Source: Takakia lepidozioides (Eukaryota > Plantae > Bryophyta). Taken from it: a DNA stretch of 64,000 nt. The DNA is taken from assembly GCA_030704615.1 (NCBI GenBank), contig CM060732.1, positions 34,596,001-34,660,000 of the forward strand, in the 5' to 3' direction. The stretch's first letter is position 1; each line of letters begins with the position of its first letter. A program made the translations under genes and the position numbers. Below, piece after piece: positions 24,741-38,480 of this stretch. The notes below the pieces were generated by a model. It saw only the letters and a list, made by a program, of their open reading frames with translations. It did not search any database and was not told the origin of the DNA.

Positions 24741-27700
24741 GGTCCATAGGGGCCGTGATGAGTGGGCCAAGACTCACCGCGACTCATCACCGGGAGTCGA
24801 GGGTTTTCGTGGTGGTTCGCCATAAAATGGCATGGTTGGTTGTGAAACCCCCGCGGACAGCTACAGAAGTATATATAGGGAGTAGTAACCCCGAGAACGG
24901 TGCAAGCCCGTTGGTGACCAAAAACTAGTGAGTGAGCGAGCGAGCCGGAAAGCGACCAAAGAGTGGGGAGCTGTTCCGGACTGCCATCTACCAAAGGGAA
25001 TTCCACTAGGCCCAAATAGGTGGAGGGTTTAGTAGGGGAGCGAAGGGGGACCGTTATGTCCCGGTGAGCAGCCAAAGCTCCAAGTTGGCCCGGCGGCCAG
25101 GTTGGGAGTCAGGCGCGCGCATCAAAGCGAGTGACTATGACTTGAAGGGGAGTTTACCGAAGTGAGGTGCGCGACACTTGGTATCAGAGCTTAGAGTTCA
25201 GTACGCGATCGTCCTTGGGATTGGCCTCATCATGGATCGGGCAAGCCGAAGCGAAAGCGGAACGGCCCAAAAGATGATGATCCCGGTGAGCCCGATGGGG
25301 GCGACGTGTCACCGAGGCGGCCGTTTGAAGAAGTGATGCATGTTTCCGAAAACGAGGTCGCTCAAGAGCGGGAGGAATCCGAGGAGTCGGAGCCCGAGGA
25401 ATCCTTGAGAGCTCCGACAAACCAAGAGATGCCTCCCATGCCGGTAGCCTTTTGGGAAGGGTTGTTGGCGCAGTTTGGTGGGACGTTGAAAGACGTGTTG
25501 AAGGCGGCTAATGCCACTTCCACTAAGGCAAAGTTTAAGGTGAAGCCTAAGGAACCCGGCACCTTCGAGGGCGTCCAAAATCGGAAGGCACTCAACACCT
25601 GGCTCCTGGAGCTAGAGCAGTACTTCCGGGCGGCCAAGTTGAGTGACGAGGATCGGGTGGAAGTGGCTCCCACCTATTTGAGGGGCTATGCTCAACAATG
25701 GTGGCAGAAACGCCTTCACGACCGAGGTCCAAGCCCGGAAACCTTGAACTGGAGTGGGTTCAAGGAATTGATGAAGAGACAGTTTGTGCCCATCAACACG
25801 TCCTGGCTTGCCCGGGACAAGATGAGGAATTTGAAGCAAACAGATGACATTCGGGGGTATGTCCAGGCTTTCAACGTGCTGTTGCTCGAAGTCGCGGACA
25901 TGGCAGAACCAGAAATGGTCTTCAACTTTGTGGCGGGACTGGCCTCATAGGCCAGGCGGAAGTTGGAGGAGAAGCCACCCAAGACTTTGAACGAGGCAAT
26001 TGAGAGGGCTGAATGTTTCTCGGATGTCCCTAGAGGTGAGAGACAAGGCCGTACGGAGCTGAACCACAAGAAGACCCAGTGGGAAGGTGACTCCTTCCGA
26101 CCGGAAAAGAAGTGGGATAGGCCACGTGGCGACAATGGCACGTGGAAATCAAAGGGAGGGCCTTCACACGTCAAGGCGACACCCGGTGCTTTGAAAGGAA
26201 AAGCGGGTGGAGCGGCTTATGGCGGACAGAAGGCGACCTTTGATGGAGTGTGTTTCAATTGCGGGGAGCCCGGGCACATGGCCAAGAAGTGCACGAAGCC
26301 CCGGCAATTGAACATGACTCGGGCGACCACGGAGCTGTCGGAAGATACCATCAGTCGCTTGGTGGAAGCGGTGGTCGCCAGGACTTGCAAGGTAGGCAAA
26401 TTTTCTTGTGAGTTGTATCAGGAAACTGGCGCCTTACGAAAAGGGAGTCAGTTATTGTTCGTGGATGGGATAATATCCGGAACTAATGTGTCGTTGTTGG
26501 TGGACACAGGAGCGTCGCACTCCTTCATGACACCGGCAACGGCACAAAAGCTGGGACTCCCGACAAGTGAGGTGGGGGCCTCTATTGAGGTGCGTTCTGC
26601 CAAAGGAGAACCACAGTTGGCGACAAGGTTGGCGTTTGATGTTCCTCTTCAACTGGGGAGTTGGGAGGGACGTGAGAACTTCACCATCTGCGAGATCGAT
26701 GGAGTAGATCTCATTTTGGGGATGACCTTTTTGAGCAAATCCGGAGCGGTCATAGATGGCCGCAAGAGAGTAGTCACGCTGCCATGTGGGAATGGTGGCG
26801 AGGTCTTACGAGTGTCGGAAACGCCCAAATCCGTGGGAGGGAGAATAAACCTTCTGTCAGCAAGGGAGTGGGCCGTGGAGGAGGCACACGAACCCCAGTT
26901 TTTGCTTTACATTATAGAAGTGAAGGGAGAAGGCGATGGGGAGCCGAGCCCAGATTGGATCAAGGGGATTTTGGAGAAATACCAGGATGTGATGCCGGAG
27001 GATTTACCAAGCGGCTTGCCACCGCGAAGAGGAGTTGACCACAAGATTGAGGTGATACCGGGAACGGAACCGCCTGCCAAGGCACCCTACCGGTTGAGCC
27101 ACAGGGAGTTGGTCGAGCTGAAGACTCAGCTCAAGGATCTAATGTCAAAGGGGTACATCCGGCCGAGTAAGTCACCTTACGGAGCCCCGGTGCTATTCGC
27201 AGACAAGAAGGATGGGACGCTGCGGATGTGTGTCGATTACAGGGCTCTGAATAAGGTGACTATAAAAACCGGTACCCTTTGCCAAGGATCGACGACCTCT
27301 TCGATCGGTTGGCAGGAGCGAAGTATTTCAGCCGGATTGACTTTCGCGCTCCGGCTATCATCAAATTCGGGTGGCGGAAGGAGATGAGGAGAAGACCGCG
27401 TGCAGACAAGGTATGGCTCATATGAGTTCTTGGTGATGCCTTTTGGGCTCACAATAGCACAGCGACATTTAGCACGCTGATGAACAACCTTTTTCAGGAG
27501 TGGTGGATGACTTTGTGATCGTGTACATCGACGACATCTTGGTGTACTCGAAAACAAAGGAGGAGCACCTGGAGCACCTCAAAGGGTGTTCCAAAAATTG
27601 CGAGAAGGAAGCTGTATGCCAAAGCTTCAAAGTGCGAATTCGGGGTCACGAAAGTGGAGTTCTTGGGGCATGTGATTACACAGGATGGGATCAAAATGGA

Positions 27701-30700
27701 TGACAGAAAGGTGAGGGCGATCTTGGACTGGGAGCCTCCGACTTCGGTCTCGGGAGTGCGATCCTTCCTAGGACTCGCCTCCTATTACCGGAAGTATGTG
27801 AGAAATTTCGCCAAGATCGCGGGGCCGCTGTCGGACCTTCTGTGTAAATCCAAAGTTGGGTATGGAACATTTTTTGTGGCCAAGCTTTTGCTGAATGAAG
27901 CAGCGGATGGCGGAAGCTCCAGTCTTGAAAATCCCTCGGAGTTCGATCGTTCATTTGAGATTCATACAGATGCGTCGGACTTCGCGATTGGGGTGTACTT
28001 ATGCAAGATGGACGTCCAGTGGCTTACAAAAGTAAGAAACTGAATGAAGTGGAGCGACGTGGCCGATGCTTTAAGTAGAAAGCAGCAGCTCCTGTTGGTG
28101 TACAGGGGCAAGACGGCGCTCCAAAGGAAGATCCGGAAGGCTTGCCAGAAGGATGAGCTGGCGAAGTCCGTGATGCAGGACTTGAGGATGGGGGTTAAAT
28201 CGCAGTTCCACTTGCAAAATGGACTGCTCGGTATAAAAAAAACGCCTCTACGTGCCAAAGGGAGGATCAGAGATAGCCTCTTGAGAGAATGCCATGATAG
28301 CCCGCTTACGGGCCACGGCGGAGCCAAGCGCACTGCGACACTCTTGAAGAAAGAGTATTTCTGGCCCAAACTGAGGGAGGAGGCAGAGGAGTATGTCAAG
28401 ACATGCACCACATGCCAACAAAACCGGAGCGAGTACAAAAAGCAAGCGGGGCTGTTACAACCTTTGTCGATTCTAGAGGGGACTTGGGAAAGCGTCTCGA
28501 TGGATTTCATGACTGCTATGCCGCTGTCAAAAGGATTCGATGCAATCATGGTGGTGGTGGATAGGTTCAGTAAAATGGGGCCATTTCATCCCCACCAAGG
28601 AGACGGCAACGGCGCAGGAGACAGGGCGACTTTACTTCGCCCATGTCTTAAAGCATCATGGAGTCCCGAAGGATATTATCTCGGACCGCGATCCAAAGTT
28701 TACGAGTAAATTTTGGAGGGCACTTTGGAAGAAGATGGGGACGAGGCTGAAGATGAGCACCGCCTTCCGACCTACGATCGACGGCCAAACAGAAAGAGTG
28801 AATTCCGTAGTGAAGCAAATCTTGCGGAATTACGTGTCGGCAGACCAAACAGACTGGGTGGAACACTTAGACGCGGCAGAGTTCTGTTATAATAACACAG
28901 AACACTCCGCAACAGGAGTTTCCCCTTTCGTATTGGTCTATGGAAAAGCACCTCTGGTGCCGACAAGTTGGGCCGCCCAGGACGTTGAGGAACCGGCAGT
29001 AGTGGCGGTACTGAAAACGCGAGCGTTTGTTGAAGCTCGCAAAGTACAACATTGCCAAAGCTAGGAAACGGTATGAAAGGCAGGCGAATCGGAAGCGGAG
29101 GGAAGTGAAGTTTGAGGCAGGCACGGAGGTCTGGTTGAACATCAAGAATTTCCGACTACCTCCGGGAGTGAGCCCGAAGTTCGTGCCTCCGTATGCGGGA
29201 CCCTTTCGCATTTGGAAGGTTATGAATGAGGATGTGTATGAATTGGAGCTGCCGGCAAACAGCAAAGTGCACCCAATATTCCATGTCTCCTTTTTGAAGC
29301 CTTACTTCAAAGATGAAGCACGTCCGAATCGGCATCAAGTGTTGCGTCCGCCACCTATGCTGTTGGATCATGAAAATGAACCTGAGTACGAGGTGGAGGC
29401 AATACTTAAGTCGAGGAGGTTCAAGAACCGAGAAACGGAGTATCTCGTCAAATGGAAGGGCTATCATCATGTGGAGGCATCTTGGGTGCGTGCCTCAGAA
29501 ATGGGAAACGCGTCCGAGGCGGTTGCAGCTTTCGAAGGGCGACCTCAAAAGAAGAAGCGTTGATGGGGACATCAACCTTGGAGCGTGGGGGAGGAAATGC
29601 ATGTTTAGCCCGGTTAGCTAGCTTAGGAATCCGATTGCAAAAACTTGTATTGTACAAAACGTGCTATAAATGAAATGGATTCCAAATGTTGTGAGTCCTA
29701 TTTTGTTTGGAATGGTGATGCATGGTATGGTTGGCTAGTGTGTAGAATGCATGCTAGCTTATAAAAGTGGGAGACGTAAATTGGGTTAATCGTGTGTTTG
29801 CGTAGTGCCGAAATCGGGTGACCCCCATCCAAGGGGCAAGGAAACTTGTGCCTTCTTTGGGAGTTCACGTGCTAGTGCGCACCTGGCGCGTGCGCGTACT
29901 ATAACTGCGCTACCGAGAGGGTTGCCTTGTAGTGCGGGCTAACGCGGAAGCTACGTGCTTCCGTTCACGTACTATAATCGTGTAGCCTCGGGACGAAGTC
30001 GTAGTGCGGCTTCGGCGTGTTCCCGTACCTCAGGCCAGCATTCCAAGGCGGACCCAATTGTAGTGATTGGGGCGCACGGTTGGTTCAAGGTTATCGTCCT
30101 AGTCAAAGAGGGTTCCAGGTGAACCCTTGCTCAAGGTGATGCCAAAAGCGCATCATGAGCGGTCGCAAGCAATGTTGTTGCAGTAAGGCGATTCGATCCT
30201 CGGGAGGATCGTTCCTTGGCCTTGAAGTAGGCCAAGAAGAGTGCACTGGGAGGAGCTTGAGAGGCTCCACCCTTGGCCGGGACTTGGAGGAAGTCGGCCG
30301 AACTAGCTAGTGGAGAGTAGAGTCAAGTGTGGGGTTTGGTTCTTTGTCATGGGACGCCATGGTACGGAAACAAACTCCTTGATGTGGGACGCCACAACTT
30401 GGATGTTCGTTTCTACAAAATGGACAAGTCGATGAGGACATCGACTCCCTGTTGGTAGGGGTGTGTGTCACGGCCCTTTGCCTTGAGGGCAGGGGGGACG
30501 TGAGGGGCTGCCCTGTGGTGGGGGCAGCGGCAGCAGGCACGATAGGATGGGGGGGCTGAAGCACCCTTGAGTGCCCAAGGCACTCAAGGAGGCGGAGGCG
30601 CTCACTAGGTGGAGCCCCGCACACCGGATTGCGGTGGGGGTGGCTCCACAAGGGGTGGTGGTAGCTTAGCGGGACTTAGTGGGGGTGGCATAGGACTCAC

Positions 30701-31188
30701 CATGGGGGCGGAGACCTCGTGGTGGAAGTCGTGGGGAGTCTTGGGACTCATCACGGTCCATAGGGGCCGTGATGAGTGGGCCAAGACTCACCGCGACTCA
30801 TCACCGGGAGTCGAGGGTTTTCGTGGTGGTTTGCCATAAAATGGCATGGTTGGTTGTGAAACCCCCGCGGACAGCTACAGAAGTATATATAGGGAGTAGT
30901 AACCCGAGAACGGTGCAAGCCCGTTGGTGACCAAAAACTAGTGAGTGAGCGAGCGAGCCGGAAAGCGACCAAAGAGTGGGGAGCTGTTCCGGACTGCCAT
31001 CTACCAAAGGGAATTCCACTAGGCCCAAATAGGTGGAGGGTTTAGTGGGGAGCGAAGGGGGACCGTTATGTCCCGGTGAGCAGCCGAAGCTCCAAGTTGG
31101 CCCGGCGGCCAGGTTGGGAGTCAGGTGCGCGCATCAAAGCGGGTGACTATGACTTGAAGGGGAGTTTACCGAAGTGAGGTGCGCGACA
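24741..31188 (+). mobile_element. Ty3/gypsy chromovirus C, near full length: truncated 5' LTR 24741-25176, PBS 25179-25190, gag-pol ~25220-29563 with frameshifts, 3' LTR ~30466-31188
   Basis: Near-identical direct repeats 24741-25176 and 30755-31188 ending [35 protein letters not shown] knuckle, LVDTGAS, YIDDILVY, TDASDFAIG, HHCC and DDE integrase, and chromodomain YEVEAIL...YLVKWKGY. Confidence 0.95.
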
Positions 31189-34100
31189 CATCTGCTTCAA
31201 AAAAGAATGGTTTAGATGGATCTGCATGTACCAATATTGGAGCCGTTGTAAATGTATGCTTCAGCCTTTCAAATGTTTGGTCAGCCTTCTCGTCCCATAC
31301 AAATTTGTCCTTCCATGTGAGTCGTGTCAATGATGCAGCAATTTTGGAGGAGTCATTGATGAAGATTCTATAAAATTTTGCAAATCCTAGAACATTGTAC
31401 ATCTCGGACCGAAGTTGGTTTAATCCACTCGATGATGGTTTGTATTTTTTTCTGATCCATAAAGAATCATTTGTCAAAAATAATGTAGCCCGAAAATTCG
31501 ACTTCAGATTGGTGGAAAATACATTTTTCCAACTTGGCATATAGTTTTTTTTTCCTGAATTTATCAAGGACAAGACATACATCGCGACCATATTCTTCTT
31601 CATTCTGTGAAGATATCAAATTGACGTCCAAATAGATGATTACAAAGTCATCTAAAAATTCTCGAAAGATGTCAATCGTCATGTGTTGAAAAATTGTTGG
31701 AGCATTTGTAAAATTGAAAGGCATAACACTGTATTCGAAATGTCCATACCTTGTGCAAAAAATAGTCTTCCATTTGTCTCATTCTTTTATTCGTACAAGG
31801 TTGTAAGCTTATCTTAAGTCGATTTTTGTGAAAAAAAATTGTTCGTCCAAGTTGTTCGAAGAGTCCGGAAATCAGCGGTAGTGGGTAACGATATTTTATA
31901 ATGACTTTGTTGAGCCCACAATAGTCCACACACATGCGTAACGATCCGTCCTTCTTCTTCACAAATAAGATAGGTGCTCATGCGGATAATTTCGAATGTC
32001 GAATGAAATTCTTTGACAAATTTTCATCAATGTATTCGCATAAAGCAGCCAGCTCCGTCTGAGATAAATTGTAGATTGGGCTGAATGGTGGTTGAGCTCC
32101 TTCTTGCAACTCAATTGCACAATCATAAGGTCGATGTTCTGGCAACATGTCTGTATTTTTCTTCTCGAATACATCCTTGAAATCTTGATATTGGGTGGGT
32201 AATGTTGAAGTACCTTGGTCTGTTGTGGTCTTGATCGGAGTCGCATAAAGTATAAATGTCGCGTCTTTCTTCGTAGCTCTTATGAAGGCTCTAGCTCCAA
32301 GAAACAGGGGTTGAATACTTTTGCATTTTTGTCTTGTCGAAATTTTTCGTGATCGTCAGTCGATGTCAGGAATATGAAGTACAAATCAAGGAAGTCCAAG
32401 GATCACATTATTTGTTGGAAACTGGATGACATTGAAAACAATATGTGATGCTTGATTTTTAAGCTTCACTTCAAGGGGTCGAGTTTCATGGTCAATATTT
32501 TCTGATGCTAATGGTTGTCCATTGATGACTTCAACAGGGGGCCGCAAATTTCTTTCTTACGAGCGTTAAATTGTGTTGATTCGCAAAGCCTTTGTCAATA
32601 AAATACGCGGAAGCATCCGAGTTTTAAAGTGCTTCTACGGAGATATCTCGATTTTGCATCATGATCTTTATTGGAACTGTGAAACAAAGTACAGGGTCTG
32701 GAGGTAGAAAGAGACATTTTATTGGTGGAATTTTGGGGTGTCCAACCCATGATTCCTATTGTGACTGGACATCTTCGTTTTCCGACCTCCTCATATTGAA
32801 CACTTGAGTTGTGCCCCGAGCTTTGAATCTTCTCTTGTTGGGGCAGTTTAATGCTATGTGATCTTCTTCTCCGCAATAGAAGCATAATCTATTCGAGCGT
32901 CATCTTTGCTTTTCATGTGGCATCAATGGCTTGAATTGGACAGCATCAATCTGTATAGGATCACTACCGGATGTTTAATGGATCGTTGTATTTGGTGCCG
33001 TAGTAGCAGCGGCATGATGCGTCGTCGACCATCCAGACCACTTCTCTTGACGTCTTTTGAACAAACGATTATCGCATGCATGACTTGGGTGATGAATTCG
33101 CTCAGTGTACTCACGTTTGACATTGTCAGCAACAAATCTTTTACATCCTCTTTTAGCCCACATCGAAACTGATTAATGAGGCTCTTCTTATTCCAGTCAA
33201 GGTCGCATGCAAATTGTTGAAATTCGGCAGCATACATGGAAGTAGGACGCTCCTTGTCAAAGATTTCGTATCTTTGTCTCTGCAACTTTCTCTTTATCAT
33301 TCTCTCCAAATGTTGCAGTGAACTATGACATGAACACTTCAAAATTGTATAGTTAATGCAAATTTTTCTCTAATTGAATAATTTTTATTTATTTTTGGCT
33401 AGTACTAAGCTTTTGGAAAGTCTATAGACAGGTTGCGATATTTAGCGGTGCAAACCAAGATAGGGCAATGCCTGATAGAAGGGTGTCCACGAATCTCACT
33501 TGAATACCTTCATCAGGGTAGCGTTGTGGATGTAGTCGGAAGACAATCGTACTTGTTAACAGAATCGCAAAATCTTGATATCGTCCCATCAAATTTCTCA
33601 GGCATGCTGACATTTGGTTCCCTTGTAATCTGTTGAAGATTTGGAAGAATCATTGCAGTAGGAGTTATTGTAGTAGGGACTCGTAAGGTTGAAGATCCAT
33701 TGTTCGACTCCTTCAACTCTAAAATTTATTGTTGCAAATTGTTGAGAGCGTTGCAAAGATCTTGAAACTGATCAGCTTGTAGTTGGGCAGTAGAGGTACG
33801 AAGTTCTTGCATCTGGAGTTGAAGACTCTGCAATGTGGCGACCATTTCCGCAGATGTGCCTTCCATCTTAACTAACTAAGGAACAAACTTTAGTCTCGCC
33901 AAATTGTCAAGGACGAGAACATGACTGAACACAAACAAGAGATCAAACTAGAGGTACAAGACTAGACTAGAAGTCAAGGTCGGCGTGGCCGAATGCATGA
34001 TGAGTAAATATGAATCAATACGATCTTTATAACAATGAACAAGAGTACAAGATATTGGAACGCGACTTGAATACTGGAATGCTGGAAACTGGACTAGAGT

Positions 34101-34497
34101 ACCAGATAATGGAAACTGGGCTAGAGTACTGGGAACTGGAAACAAGTAGCTTGAACTGGTGTTGGCGAGACTGAAGAGTGTCCAGTCTCGCCTCCTATAT
34201 ATACTGGCTACTAGGAGGTTCCATAAGAGGCTTCCCCAAAAGAGGTTTCTTGATGGAGAAGTTTACTTAAACAAAGGAGGTATCTTGATGGAGAAGTTTC
34301 ATCCAAATGAAGCTTCATGAGCAATTTCCCAAGCTACTCTCGGTAATTTGGTAAACTCCCGATAACTTGGTAACTAATGATAACTAATGATAAATCATGG
34401 TAGATCATGGTAGATCACGATAACTTTCGGTAACATGTTGACTTGATAACTTCTGGTATTTACTCCTGGCAAGTTCATCTGGGCTATGTCCGTGACA
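31189..34497 (-). mobile_element. Ty3/gypsy element B, same family as A in opposite orientation: 5' LTR 34497-33905, degenerate gag-PR-RT, interrupted at the RNase H start by element C
   Basis: LTR TGTCACGG...TTGACA. Motifs [32 protein letters not shown] and APILVHADPSKPFFFEAD. Confidence 0.9.
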
Positions 34498-35596
34498 GGC
34501 TCACGCTTAGTCAGCGTGAGCCTACATTCACATTTAGTGGGCAAAACATGAGCGCAGGATAGTGAAGCAGGAGAAGGAGACCCTATAGTCGAGGGAAAGA
34601 CAATGAGGGCCTATTACCGTGGGAAAATGACTAGTATGACAAGAAAGAAATACAAAAAGCCATGTAATGTGCATATATAGACCGCGGTCCGCCTTCACAA
34701 TTTTTATCGAATCCCCCGATCTTGTCGTGGCCCTCAACATCAACTCACTTGTATCAGAACCTTTCCCTCTCAACCGTCACCTCAGAAAATTGCAATATCT
34801 TGTCTGCTACGTCGTGAGTCCTTGCACCATGTCATTAGCGGTAGCAACATACAAGTCGCGACCTGATTTCTTAGATTGCTGCAACCATGCATTGTGAACT
34901 GATTCTGTCAAAATTTCATAATGACATATTTACAACGTCCTCTAGGGACATGTCCTGAACACAAAGGCAGCACAAAGGCGACCATGACATTATTCTGTGT
35001 TGAAGACAACATCACACTATCATAGAAGGTAGGAAAAATGTCACGATCATTAACAATCGTGACATTTGCCTCCATCTCGAACTTTAAAAAAAAATTGGAT
35101 TGTTTTTTTGAATTTGAATTTAGGATTATTTTTTCTTTTTCCTGGTTTGACATGCGAATGTCATGATCGTTGACATTCATGACATCTCCCATGCCCATTG
35201 CATCTCTAGATTGTTTTACTTACTTATTGGATAGATATCATTTTACTATAGACAACAATACGAGGTTAATTTGAACATCTCCAAATCAACCTTGTGTTGA
35301 CACGATGTTGTATTCTTAGAACTAAAATCAACCTTGTGTCGACACCAGGTGGATTTGGAGAACTTCAAGTGAACCTCGTGTTAATACGAGGTTGATTTGA
35401 TCATCTGTCTATTTGAAGGTAGTTTCTTGTGTTTGCTAATGAAAACAGAATGACAAATCAATGCGACAAATGCGTTGACCCACACATAGCGAAGATGTTA
35501 GACGACATACATTGAGAGACACTGGACTTGAACAGTCATTCCATTACAGTTGTAGTCAAGGAAAACATAGATTTCTTCATGTCAAGTGCATGTTGT

Positions 35597-38480
35597 CTAT
35601 GGGCTTGTATCCCATTGTAGAAGTGTGTTAATTTCGTTGAAACTCATAATGGCTTGGTGAATGAAGATGTCGCGCTTTGGATCACAAACCATCCTTCTCA
35701 AGAAGACGAAGTAAAGGTGTTTGCACGGTATGAACTTCCATCTCTTTCCTAAACTACTTGAAAGCATACCAACAAAATCAGGACAGGTACAATTGGGAAA
35801 ATTGGAAACAGTGATGTTGTACATCTTGTCCTGCAGCGCAGATGCGGGTGAGATCATGGTGAAGACCCGACCATACCCTGGATCAGGGCATTTCCATTGT
35901 TCCCGCAACACGAGCGTGAAACATTCTCATGGACTCGATTTTGTCGTAGTGTTCTGCGGTTGGAGGGAATCGTTGAACTAGCTTCTCATTCCGTCTGGTA
36001 GGCCACAAGTGAGCGTCAGGCGGAGGTACCCGTGAACCGCTTGTACTTGAAGCACCTCCACGTGCAATGGAATGTCTAGCTAGGGAGAAACCTGCCTCTT
36101 CCAGCATTGCGATCTCTTGGTGAGTGAGACCTGTGCCCATCTTCACAGGCCACACGGTTGGTGGAGTAGGCTTCCTTACCATGGAGGGCCTCACTGTCCC
36201 ACGCGCACATCTCCCACAATCGTCAGCGCAGAACTAGAACTTGTGGTTCTTTGCCTCTCCTTGTCCGTAAGGGAGAAACAAACCAGTGAATGTAGGAGCT
36301 GAAGTAGTGTCCAATAGAAAAGACACGTACATTCTCTTCCAGGCATTGACACTTTTGGATCTCCCGTCCGAACACAATGCGGACAGCGTTGAAGTTAGGT
36401 TGAGCACTGTCAGCCATGAAACCAACAAAATTGGGAGATGGGACACCATTGGAGGCCATAACACAAATGAGAGCTTCCTACATGAGCTGTTGTGAACCTG
36501 TGTCCTCTGACTATATGTCACACACTGCAATTGTCATGACACGTTGGTACACAGGGTCGTAAACATGACATGCCATTGTGGTCCAGCTTTAACCCTCTTG
36601 ACGTGATCGAACATAAGGAAGCAGTTGCCAATATTGCCACCCTTCTGCATACGTTTAACCAGGCTAACTCCGTTGCCCTCACCTTTTGTGGACATTTTGA
36701 ATATGAATACTTTCCTTGCTCCTTGTCCCGGGAAAACGCTGTCGTAGATGTAGTCGTACATGCTCCTTTTCTTCAAATCCATATATTGTCCATATAACCT
36801 CGGCTCCCAGAGCCCATTCTTAAAGTGTTCACCTGATTCCTAATGTTTGGAGAAGTCAAAGTCGAGAAATGGTCCATAACAATGTCCAAAGTTGGTCCCT
36901 CCAGTTTTCCTCCAACCGATTCCGATGCACACAGAATACGACTTTCCAGAAGGGACTTGCTCGCCCCCATGGCAATTGCAAATGTGGTTCCAGTTGGATT
37001 GGTATCCAACTCTTGCCTTATCAGATTGGAGACTGTTTCAATGCTCTCCCTGTAATCCCCTTTGGACACAGGGTGGTTGTGAAAACCGAAATGGACATAG
37101 GCTCTAGTCAGGGTTTTGAATCGATGCACCACATAGTACATTCTGGCGCCACACAATGCAAGGCAGCAAGGTGGTACCCTACAAAACTTGCACACAAAAG
37201 TGTTATTGTGTGGTGGTGTTACCCCAGGCTTGAATGGATTCTAAGTGACACCATCCCATTCGCTTTGGTTTGCACACCTGACAGTGCAAAGTGTCTGTAT
37301 TTCATGTTCTTGCATTTCAGGTGCCCATTACAGACTGTTCACCTGAATATGAGGTTGTCATGGTTGTGAATATTGGAGGTTTTTGTGCGGCACCAAGGGT
37401 GCCCATCGTGCTTTTGTGCATTCCTTCCACAAGACTGGAAATGCCCCCCACATGACCCGGAGGAGGTAGCTCGAAAACAATATTACCATCAAAAGACTCC
37501 GGCAAGAATGCCACCCTCTGAACATTGAAAGTGCTCCAGTCAATCCCCCTCAACTCACTCTTGAATCCTGCCATCCCACCCATGGCTTTCAGTTTAGAAA
37601 TGACACTGGTGATCTCCTCCACATCTGCTTCCTGATCTGGACATGGCTGATCCACGGGCGGTATTTCACAGGCATCATCGGAGGATGAGTCCGAAAGCTC
37701 AACTACAATGTTAATGGTACTTGACTCCTTCTTGACAACCACAGGTGTTTTCTCCTAGGCCACTGATGCTGCCGTGCCAGGAGTAAGGAACGATCCTGCA
37801 GATTGTCTCCGAGGAGCACTGAGCACCCTATATCTGCCTGGAGGCGCTCTCCATTGTGTGGTTGGTGCAATATGCGAAGGTTTCTGGAACGCGTACTTGA
37901 GCAGTTTTCCATTGGCATCGTACACTTGCCTCTCAAGGAATGGAGTTCCATTTTCCAACCAAAACTACGTTGCGAGCACGTGTTCATGCACCACCGACGC
38001 AAAACCGTCATCTTCCACCTCGTAAGAAAATGGCACTGGGTGGTCTTCACTGAAGAAGTCCGCGTCAAGGGAGCCCATGGCCTGGGAGGCCATCTGTCAA
38101 TGTTGCTTCAAAGCGCACAATTCACAGTCCAATGTTGCTTCTGATTGCAGGTTGTACTAGAGCGGAGTTTTTTTGCTGTATAGAAGACGTCCTTACACAC
38201 AATTGCAGATGTCGCTCCCGCATGCAGGTCTCTTAACGCGGTTCGGCACATCAAAGAAATGTATCCCCATGCAAACCAAGTGAATGGTCACAGAGTGCCC
38301 AAATGCGGAGTGGATAATGTCAGCCCTAATTAAAGAATCCAACTATTTTTTCACAGGTGCCCCACCAGTGCATTGGACAACGAATTCCGCAACTGAAACA
38401 TCCCTAAAGCTATTACCCAATAATGAACTTTTTCGGATGAGAGGTGGACCCGATCAAATTTCGGTGGATGATAAACAAAT
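35597..38480 (-). pseudogene. Transposase with GCM-like Zn DNA-binding domain, MULE-type DDE core and C-terminal SWIM; frameshifted, probably with an internal deletion
   Basis: DGHPWCRTKTSNIHNHDNLIFR.TVCNGHLKC...CKFC...C...C.ARMYY...HFGFHNHP (GCM/WRKY-like). FLMFDHVKRV, GFMADSAQPNFNAVRIVFG and TCLF(Y/H)W (MULE D, D, CxxH). CTCPDF...CKH (SWIM). Confidence 0.8.

Noticed and set aside
25948-25950. Programmed gag-pol stop-codon readthrough in element C
   Set aside because: The TAG lies within the gag core before the zinc knuckle and is more simply a TGG-to-TAG mutation.
24737-31193. AGATG left of element C and CATCT right of it as an inverted TSD
   Set aside because: AGATG is the normal RT sequence of family A/B at that position and C's left LTR is truncated, so this is probably coincidence.
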